From the NCBI GenBank assembly GCA_905372565.1, contig CAJPPK010000007.1, forward strand, positions 11,997 to 75,996: a stretch of 64,000 nucleotides of DNA, written 5' to 3'. The translations under genes were made by a program, and so were the position numbers. The DNA is from an uncultured Porphyromonas sp. (GTDB lineage Bacteria > Bacteroidota > Bacteroidia > Bacteroidales > Porphyromonadaceae). A model generated the notes under the pieces. The model had not been told where the DNA came from. It made no database searches and saw nothing but the letters and a program-made list of their open reading frames with translations. The first letter of the stretch is position 1. Every line of letters starts with the position of its first letter. Positions 1-9,511 of this stretch are shown here, one piece after another.

Positions 1-131
1 CTCCTTGGGCTATTGCTTCTCTCTCTCATCCCCGATCTGGGGACGTAAATGAGCTGGGTCACTAGGGGATATTCCTCCTCGGGATAGCTGGGTGAAGCGT
101 GATGTAAAGCAAAGGTAGGGGAAGAATTAGC

Positions 132-139
132 TATCTTTG
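132..139 (+). promoter_or_regulatory. Bacteroidetes-type -7 promoter box (TATCTTTG, consensus TAnnTTTG) upstream of trpS
   Basis: Exact TAnnTTTG match 55 nt upstream of the trpS ATG, in an intergenic position. Confidence 0.5.
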
Positions 140-193
140 TATTCCATACTTAGCTAGTATGACCTACCTCAATAACAAGTAATAGTCAGTCAG

Positions 194-1183
194 ATGGAAA
201 CAGTAGTCAGCGGTATCCGCCCCACAGGAAATCTTCACCTCGGGAATTACTTCGGCGCTGTACGAGCCTTCGTACAGATGCAGCACGAGTATAATTGCTT
301 CTTCTTCATCGCTGACTGGCATTCCTTGACTACGCACCCGCACCCAGATGATATTATTCGCTCTACGAACACGATCCTAGCCGAGTATCTCGCCTGTGGC
401 ATTGATCCCGAGCAAGCGACCATCTATGTACAGAGCGATGTGCGTGAGGTGCTGGAGCTCTACCTCTATCTCAATATGAATGCTTACCTCGGTGAGCTAG
501 AGCGTACGACCTCCTTCAAGGACAAGGCTCGTCAGCAGCCTGACAATGTCAATGCAGGTCTTTTGACCTATCCCTCCCTCATGGCGGCAGACATCTTGAT
601 GCACAAGGCGATCAAGGTACCCGTAGGCAAGGATCAGGAGCAGAATATGGAGATGGCACGTAAATTTGCCCGTCGCTTCAATACGATCTACGGCGTGGAC
701 TTCTTCACGGAGCCTCAGTCCTTCTCCCTCGGGGATCGTGCCCTCAAGGTACCTGGTCTCGACGGCTCAGGTAAGATGGGTAAGAGCGAGGGCAATGCGA
801 TCTACCTCATCGACGATGAGAAGACGATCAGTAAGAAGGTCATGCGTGCTGTCACTGACTCGGGTCCTACGGAGCCAAATAGCGAGAAGCCCGAAGCGAT
901 CCAGAATCTCTTCACGCTCATGGAGATCGTCTCTACGCCCGATGTCTACCAGCACTTCCACGACAAGTACAATGACTGCTCCATCCGCTACGGCGATATG
1001 AAGAAGCAGCTCGCAGCAGATATCAACGCCTTCTGCTCGCCTATCCGTGAGTGTATCCTCGACATCCGTGAGGACAAGGAGCTCCTCTCCCGTGTCGCTC
1101 GTCTGGGCGCTGAGAAGGCCAGAGAGTCTGCCTCGAAGACGATCGACGAAGTTCGTCACATCATCGGCTTCCGCCCCCGTTAA
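194..1183 (+). CDS. trpS: Tryptophan--tRNA ligase
   Basis: 329-aa ORF with a class I aaRS HIGH-type motif (TGNLHLGNYFGA) and a KMSKS-type motif (KMGKS). Length is typical of TrpRS. Confidence 0.95.
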   Translation: METVVSGIRPTGNLHLGNYFGAVRAFVQMQHEYNCFFFIADWHSLTTHPHPDDIIRSTNTILAEYLACGIDPEQATIYVQSDVREVLELYLYLNMNAYLGELERTTSFKDKARQQPDNVNAGLLTYPSLMAADILMHKAIKVPVGKDQEQNMEMARKFARRFNTIYGVDFFTEPQSFSLGDRALKVPGLDGSGKMGKSEGNAIYLIDDEKTISKKVMRAVTDSGPTEPNSEKPEAIQNLFTLMEIVSTPDVYQHFHDKYNDCSIRYGDMKKQLAADINAFCSPIRECILDIREDKELLSRVARLGAEKARESASKTIDEVRHIIGFRPR

Positions 1184-1222
1184 TTTCCCCGTATATCCAC
1201 ATATAGACACCATAAGAGAATC

Positions 1223-1633
1223 ATGGAACTAATAGGCAAGATCATTCAGGTACTCCCCCTGCAGTCCGGTACATCAAAGGCAGGTAATGCCTGGAAGAAG
1301 CAAGAGTATATCCTAGAGACGCTAGGCACGCAGTATCCTCGTAAGGTCTGCTTCAACCTCTTCGGCGATAACGTCGATAAATTCCCCATGCAGGTGGGGC
1401 AAGATGTGACGGTCTCTATCGATATCGAGAGTCGTGAATTCAATGGTCGCTGGTACACGGATGTACGTGCGTGGAATGTGGTCAATGGAGTACAAGTCCC
1501 AGGAGTCGCTGCTCCTGCTGCTGGCTTCGCTCCAGCACCTGCACCAGGCTTTGCGCCTCAGCAACCCGTAGCACAGCCCGTGCAGAGCGCACCTGCAGCA
1601 GCTCCTACCACGGCTGACGACCTCCCCTTCTAG
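1223..1633 (+). CDS. DUF3127-family OB-fold-like protein with a Pro/Ala-rich linker and an SSB-type C-terminal tip (ADDLPF)
   Basis: 136-aa ORF. The N-terminal ~90 aa (MELIGKIIQVLPLQSG..KKQEYILET) resemble the DUF3127 family. The C-terminus is low-complexity PA-rich and ends in DDLPF. Confidence 0.7.
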   Translation: MELIGKIIQVLPLQSGTSKAGNAWKKQEYILETLGTQYPRKVCFNLFGDNVDKFPMQVGQDVTVSIDIESREFNGRWYTDVRAWNVVNGVQVPGVAAPAAGFAPAPAPGFAPQQPVAQPVQSAPAAAPTTADDLPF

Positions 1634-1750
1634 GCGCGAGGTGCTTACACTTCTGCCATCGCTACGATCCACTGAGTACTCCCTAGGCTTAGCTACCGGG
1701 GGGCTTGGTGGATCGTCTTTTTTGCTCTCCTCTTACTAGTCTCATTAGCT

Positions 1751-2224
1751 ATGCAGCTCGTACTCCTTGTCGTCGGGAAGACAGATAGTAAGCAGATCGA
1801 TGCACTCATCGAGCAGTATGCAGATCGGCTGAAGCATTACTTGCCCTTCTCTCTGCAGGTGATCCCCGATGTGCGACGCTCGGGGAAGCTCAGTGCTGAC
1901 GAGCAGAAGCGAGCAGAGGGAGCAGAGATCCTTCGTCTCCTCCAGAGCTCTGACCGCCTGGTGCTACTCGATGAGCGAGGGAAGGAGTTGACGAGTCGCG
2001 CCTTCGCTGGCTATATGGAGAAGGCGATGGCGTCAGGACTGCGTCGGCTAGTCTTCCTCATCGGTGGTCCCTATGGCTTCTCCGAGGAGGTCTATGGACG
2101 TGCTGACGATCAGGTCTCTCTAAGTAAGATGACCTTCTCGCACCAGATGGTACGGCTCTTCGCTGTGGAGCAGCTCTACCGAGCACAGACCATCCTGCGT
2201 GGCGAGCCCTACCACCATGACTAA
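1751..2224 (+). CDS. rlmH: 23S rRNA (pseudouridine1915-N3)-methyltransferase RlmH (SPOUT)
   Basis: 157-aa ORF with a C-terminal SPOUT knot motif (FLIGGPYGFSEEV). Size is typical of RlmH. Confidence 0.9.
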   Translation: MQLVLLVVGKTDSKQIDALIEQYADRLKHYLPFSLQVIPDVRRSGKLSADEQKRAEGAEILRLLQSSDRLVLLDERGKELTSRAFAGYMEKAMASGLRRLVFLIGGPYGFSEEVYGRADDQVSLSKMTFSHQMVRLFAVEQLYRAQTILRGEPYHHD

Positions 2225-2248
2225 TTGTCCCTCTAGCTTTCTCCTCTG

Positions 2249-3979
2249 ATGTCGCTACGCACACACCTTGAGAGCTTCTTCGCTCGTCTGAGCCAAACGA
2301 CCTATTATTACCTCCTCCTCTTCGCCCTCCTGCTCCCTAATCTCGTCCTCTCGGTCGTGATGCAGCAGCCGATGATCGGGCGAGTGCTGAACATCCTCGT
2401 GATGCTCCCTATCTATATGCTCGTGCTACTGATAGCGAAGCGTCCTGGGCGTGTCTACTGGGGGCTACTGGTACTGATCCTCCTCCATGCCTTTCAGTTA
2501 GTCCTCTTGACGATCTTCAGTGGCTCGGTGGTGGCGGTGGATATGCTACTTAACCTCTTTACCTCGGAGCCAGACGAGGCAGGTGAACTGCTCTCCAACA
2601 TCCTGCTACCCATCCTCTCTATCGGAGGCTTCTATCTCGTGTCTCTGGTCGTCGCTACAGCATCTGCAGTGACACAGGGCAGTCTACTACGCTCGTGGCG
2701 CATACGCATGGGCAAGATAGCCTGCGGTATCCTCCTGCTCGCCTTACCGATCTATATCGGAGCTAAGCAGCGCTTCCCCTACCTGCACCTACGTGCTGAG
2801 GTCTACCCGATGAGTGTCTTCTATAACATGTATCTGGCGACGAAGAAGCTCCGTGAGGTCCTGCGTTATGATCAGACCAGCGCAGAGTTCTGCTTCGGTG
2901 CTGCAAGCGAGCGGGATGAAGACCAGCCCGAGGTGTATGTGCTGGTGCTTGGAGAGACTTCACGGGCTCATAGCTGGAGTCTCTTCGGCTACCCACGTCC
3001 TACGACTCCACATCTAGAGCGCCTACCGAAGGAGGAGCTAGTCGCCTTCCGAGATGTGATGACGCAGTCGAATACGACCTACAAGAGTATCCCGATAATC
3101 CTCTCTCCGGCGGACGCAGAGCATGCCGAGGAGCTTCCTCGGGTGCAGGGCTTGCTGGCAGCATTCAGGGAAGCAGGCTTCTACACCGTCTTCGTCTCTA
3201 ATCAGCCAGCCAATCGTAGCTACATCGACTACTTTGCCCAGCAGGGGGATGAGCACCATGCTATCCGTAAAGAGCTACGTCACCCCAAGCGTCGTATCTA
3301 CGATGCCGATATGCTCCCCTACCTCAAGAGGGCTCTGGAGGCTAAGCATAAGAAGCTCCTCGTCGTCCTGCATACCTACGGCAGTCACTTTAGCTATCGA
3401 GACCGCTGCCCTCAGGCAGAGCAGACCTTCCCCGTGCCCAAGAGCTACTCGGGGTCGGCTAAGGATAGTCTAGCACTGCGCAATGCCTATGACAATGCCA
3501 TCGTCGCTACCGACCGCTTCTTGGCTTCGGTGATTGAGCTCCTTCGTGCCCAGGAGTGCCCTGCCTCGATGCTCTATATCTCGGATCATGGGGAGGACGT
3601 CTATGATGATGCTCGTGAGCGCTTCCTTCACTCTTCTCCCGATATTTCCTACTATCAGCTTCATGTACCGATGCTTTTGTGGATGAGCCCAGCCTATCGG
3701 GAGGCATATCCCCAGCTCGTCGCTACGGCGCAGGCCAATCAGCGCAGGCCGATCAGTACCAATGCTGTCTTCCCGACGATGCTAGAGCTGGCGGGTATCC
3801 AGACTCGTTACCGTCGAGATAGTCTCTCGGTCGTCAGTTCGTCTCTTCGCACGGGTACGCGCTATTACCTCAACGATCGCTATGCCTGCGTTCCGCTCGA
3901 AGCACTAGACCTAGCCGAGGAGGATGTGCATCTCTTCCAGCAGAAGGAACTTCAGCTACCTCTGCCCTCCTGTCCTTAG
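2249..3979 (+). CDS. Phosphoethanolamine transferase / sulfatase-family membrane protein (EptA-like)
   Basis: 576 aa. Multi-TM N-terminal half followed by a sulfatase-type domain (VLVLGETSRAHSW, LHTYGSHFSY, YISDHGE). Confidence 0.75.
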   Translation: MSLRTHLESFFARLSQTTYYYLLLFALLLPNLVLSVVMQQPMIGRVLNILVMLPIYMLVLLIAKRPGRVYWGLLVLILLHAFQLVLLTIFSGSVVAVDMLLNLFTSEPDEAGELLSNILLPILSIGGFYLVSLVVATASAVTQGSLLRSWRIRMGKIACGILLLALPIYIGAKQRFPYLHLRAEVYPMSVFYNMYLATKKLREVLRYDQTSAEFCFGAASERDEDQPEVYVLVLGETSRAHSWSLFGYPRPTTPHLERLPKEELVAFRDVMTQSNTTYKSIPIILSPADAEHAEELPRVQGLLAAFREAGFYTVFVSNQPANRSYIDYFAQQGDEHHAIRKELRHPKRRIYDADMLPYLKRALEAKHKKLLVVLHTYGSHFSYRDRCPQAEQTFPVPKSYSGSAKDSLALRNAYDNAIVATDRFLASVIELLRAQECPASMLYISDHGEDVYDDARERFLHSSPDISYYQLHVPMLLWMSPAYREAYPQLVATAQANQRRPISTNAVFPTMLELAGIQTRYRRDSLSVVSSSLRTGTRYYLNDRYACVPLEALDLAEEDVHLFQQKELQLPLPSCP

Positions 3980-3994
3980 GCGATCATTCCGCGA

Positions 3995-4088
3995 CCAACT
4001 AGTAGGCAACAGTAGTGCCCCTCAAGAGGCAACAGTATTACCCCTCGAGGGGCACTACTGTTGCCTCTTTTGTGTTGATACTGCTACC
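3995..4088 (+). repeat. Family-1 intergenic element, copy L1: four 15-bp GGCA-N7-TGCC-type units at a 23-bp period
   Basis: Units at 4005, 4028, 4051 and 4074 (GGCAACAGTAGTGCC / GGCAACAGTATTACC / GGCACTACTGTTGCC / degenerate). 3995-4023 and 4047-4066 form a perfect 20-bp stem followed by CTTTTG. The same element recurs at 16112, 21214 and 41009. Confidence 0.85.
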
Positions 4089-4323
4089 CCCATGGGATGA
4101 GCCTTGCTGATCGAGGTGTTTCCTCTCGCTAGGGAGGGGAAGAGGAGCTTGTTTAGCATACTTTAAGCCTAAGTCGCTGACATATTGACATATAAGTAAT
4201 CCTTCTTGTCGTATTTTAGTGGTGAAGTCTGCCACTTTGGCGGATTTCTTCGTTTAGGTATTCCCTTTGCATCTGCCTTTGACGAGAGCGATGTTGCTCC
4301 CAAGACAATACGAACACAAAAAG

Positions 4324-6915
<2,592 letters not shown>

Positions 6916-6952
6916 GCGGTAGGTGATTATTGATTAGTTAGGTTAGTTGTGT

Positions 6953-7002
6953 AGCGAGGCTACTTACAGGCTGTCGGCCTGTGGGTAGCCTCGCTTCCTT
7001 TT
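6953..7002 (+). terminator. Rho-independent terminator after clpB
   Basis: 11-bp stem (AGCGAGGCTAC / GTAGCCTCGCT) with an inner hairpin, followed by TCCTTTT. Confidence 0.7.
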
Positions 7003-7119
7003 CAGGGGCTTAGCTTAGTGGAGAGGAAGATAGGTGGAGCGCTCGGGAGAGAGGAGGGCTTCTCTGGAGGGATCGGTAGCTAAGGTAGAGGATAGCCGGT
7101 GTAAGTAGTGGGATTGGCG

Positions 7120-7127
7120 TATCTTTG
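7120..7127 (+). promoter_or_regulatory. -7 promoter box TATCTTTG upstream of the cca-like gene
   Basis: Exact TAnnTTTG match 40 nt upstream of the ATG at 7167. Confidence 0.5.
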
Positions 7128-7166
7128 CGCTCGGTAATTCATTTCGATACGACTAGATAAAGACGG

Positions 7167-8618
7167 ATGCTTAGCGACGAACAGATCTACGAAAAGGTAG
7201 ATACCCCTCTCTTCCATTTGATAGGCCAGTGTGCTGATCGCCTCGGCGTCGAGGCTTATGTCGTAGGAGGATATGTCCGAGATCTCTTCCTCTATCGACC
7301 AAGCAAGGACATTGATATCGTCTCCGTCGGGCAAGGTATTGACCTAGCCAAGGCGGTAGCTAAGGAGTTAGGGCGAGGAGCCCAGCTCGCTGTCTTCGCA
7401 CGCTTCGGTACTGCGCAGGTCAAGCAGGGAGACCTTGAGGTGGAGTTCGTAGGGGCAAGACGGGAGAGCTACACGCCTGACAGCCGAAAACCCTTTGTGG
7501 AGGACGGCACGCTGGAGGAGGATCAGGAGCGCCGAGACTTTACGATCAACGCTCTAGCTATCTGCTTAAATGAAGATCGCTTTGGTGAGCTCGTCGATCC
7601 CTTCGATGGTTTGACGGACATGGAGGAGCTGACTCTGAGGACACCGCTAGACCCTGACGTCACCTTCAGCGATGATCCGCTACGGATGATGCGTGCCATA
7701 CGCTTTGCTTCCCAGCTAGGTTTCTTCATCGAGCCCGAGACCTTTGCTGCCATTGGGCGCAATGCTTCCCGTATCGAGATCATATCTGCCGAGCGCATCA
7801 ATACGGAGTTAAATAAGATCCTGCTCTCTCCTCGTCCCTCGCTAGGTCTAGAGCTCTTCGAGCAAACGGGCTTGATGGGCAGGGTGTTCCCTGAGCTTCT
7901 GGAGCTCAAGGGTGCCGAAACTCGAGATGGAGTCGGCCATAAGGATAACCTAACGCATACCTATAAGGTCGTCGATAACCTAGCCAAAGCCCTACGGACA
8001 GCATCGGTTGACGAAGAGAAGAAGCTCTGGCTCCTATGGGCAGCTCTGCTTCACGACATCGGGAAGCCTAAGACCAAGCGCTTCGATAAGCGCCTTGGCT
8101 GGACATTCCATAATCACAACTTCGTCGGGATGAAGATGGTCTCTAAGATTTTCCGCCGTCTTCGCCTCCCGTTGGACCACAAGATGCACTACGTAGAGAA
8201 GCTGGTGGAGCTACATATGCGTCCCGCTACGCTGGTAGACGAGGGCGTGACGGACTCCGCAGTCCGACGTCTGCTCTTCGAAGCGGGGGACGACATCGAT
8301 GATCTGATGCTCCTAGTCGAGGCAGACATCACGAGTAAGAACCCTCAGAAGGTACGTAAGTATCTGGATAACTATACCCTCGTTCGGCAGAAGCTTGTCG
8401 ATCTCGAGGAGCGAGATCGCATTCGCAACTTCCAGCCCCCGATCTCTGGTCAGCTGATCATGGACACCTTTGCTCTCACCCCTTGCCGTGAGGTCGGACT
8501 AATCAAGGACGCTATCAAGGATGCGATACTCGATGGGACGATCCCCAACGAGTATGAGGCCGCCTATGGCTTGATGCTCGCTGAAGCCGAGAAGCTTGGT
8601 CTCCGTCCTCAAGCCTAA
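7167..8618 (+). CDS. cca: HD-domain tRNA nucleotidyltransferase (CCA-adding enzyme family)
   Basis: 483 aa. Pol-beta/PolyA-polymerase head (GGYVRDLFL..DIDIV) plus an HD motif (LLHDIGKP). Confidence 0.8.
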   Translation: MLSDEQIYEKVDTPLFHLIGQCADRLGVEAYVVGGYVRDLFLYRPSKDIDIVSVGQGIDLAKAVAKELGRGAQLAVFARFGTAQVKQGDLEVEFVGARRESYTPDSRKPFVEDGTLEEDQERRDFTINALAICLNEDRFGELVDPFDGLTDMEELTLRTPLDPDVTFSDDPLRMMRAIRFASQLGFFIEPETFAAIGRNASRIEIISAERINTELNKILLSPRPSLGLELFEQTGLMGRVFPELLELKGAETRDGVGHKDNLTHTYKVVDNLAKALRTASVDEEKKLWLLWAALLHDIGKPKTKRFDKRLGWTFHNHNFVGMKMVSKIFRRLRLPLDHKMHYVEKLVELHMRPATLVDEGVTDSAVRRLLFEAGDDIDDLMLLVEADITSKNPQKVRKYLDNYTLVRQKLVDLEERDRIRNFQPPISGQLIMDTFALTPCREVGLIKDAIKDAILDGTIPNEYEAAYGLMLAEAEKLGLRPQA

Positions 8619-8654
8619 TCATTAACCCAATCTACCCCTATATCTACGTAAATT

Positions 8655-9086
8655 ATGAAGCAACTTATGCTCCGCATAGCTCTGCTATGCTCACTCCTTT
8701 TCGCTCCTTCTCTTGCCTTTGCCCAGACGGGCGCCGACGCTATCCTCGGTACTTACCTCACCGAAGGTGGTAAGTCCAAGGTCGTCATCACTAAGCAAGG
8801 CAACACCTTCGTCGGGACGATCTCTTGGCTAAGGAAGGGCGATATCCTCGATGAGAAGAACCCTGATAAAGCAGAGGCTAGCAAGAAGCTCACCGGAAAG
8901 GTCATCCTGCGTGGCCTACAGTACGACGCTAAGAATGAATACAAGGGCGGTAAGATCTACGATCCCGAGAGTGGCAAGACATATAGCTGTAAGGCTACTG
9001 CTCAGGAGAATGGTGATCTCCGTGTACGAGGCTTTATCGGTGCGGCGCTCTTCGGCCGTACGACCACCTGGAAGCGTGTGAAGTAA
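8655..9086 (+). CDS. Secreted DUF2147-family protein
   Basis: 143 aa with a signal peptide (..PSLAFAQ). Carries the family-typical GKIYDPESGKTYSCK..LRVRGFIG..GRTTTWKR. Confidence 0.7.
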   Translation: MKQLMLRIALLCSLLFAPSLAFAQTGADAILGTYLTEGGKSKVVITKQGNTFVGTISWLRKGDILDEKNPDKAEASKKLTGKVILRGLQYDAKNEYKGGKIYDPESGKTYSCKATAQENGDLRVRGFIGAALFGRTTTWKRVK

Positions 9087-9130
9087 CGCCCTCCTACCCC
9101 GGGCATTTACCCGAGAGACCCCTACCCGAG

Positions 9131-9176
9131 AGGCACTGCTGGATGAGCTCACAGAGAGCGCCAGCGGTGCCTTTTT
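9131..9176 (+). terminator. Rho-independent terminator after the DUF2147 gene
   Basis: Stem GGCACTGCTGG / CCAGCGGTGCC (one mismatch) followed by TTTTTG. Confidence 0.6.
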
Positions 9177-9226
9177 GCTGGGACAGCGTGGATCGCCGTG
9201 CGGTGCAGTAGGCTATCCTCTGGGCG

Positions 9227-9314
9227 AAGGTATAGCTTGGAGGGAATGAAGGTATAGCTTTATGGGACTAGCGCCCTACCTTTTCTTGGGGAAAGGTAGG
9301 GCTTTCTTTTACCC
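9227..9314 (+). repeat. Family-3 array P: four 22-bp-period units with an AAGGTAnnnCTT core
   Basis: AAGGT starts at 9227, 9249 and 9293. The unit at 9271 carries the core inverted (CCCTACCTTTT). The 15-mer GAAAGGTAGGGCTTT is identical to one at 58476. Confidence 0.75.
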
Positions 9315-9463
9315 ACCGTTGGGCGTTCGTTGGATAGGCTTTTGCCTCCAGGTGAGAGCTAGGAGAAGTCTTGGATTGGATAGGTCACTGGGAGGTCACT
9401 CGGGAGGGGGAGCTTTCTCTTGTAGCCTTAGTCGGTGATGGGTTCTGAGTTAGGCGATTGTCG

Positions 9464-9471
9464 TACCTTTG
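9464..9471 (+). promoter_or_regulatory. -7 promoter box TACCTTTG upstream of glgP
   Basis: Exact TAnnTTTG match 41 nt upstream of the ATG at 9512. It lies inside the over-extended ORF-track start at 9458. Confidence 0.5.
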
Positions 9472-9511
9472 TGACACGAATATTCACTTTATCTCAATAG
9501 ACTTCAATCCA

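Noticed and set aside
4038-4235. Short ORFs overlapping family-1 repeat copies (4038-4235 on -, 16168-16392 and 16191-16376 on +).
   Set aside because: They begin or end inside the palindromic repeat units and their sequences are not similar to each other despite the shared repeat. There is no promoter or start context. I treated them as chance ORFs in intergenic DNA.
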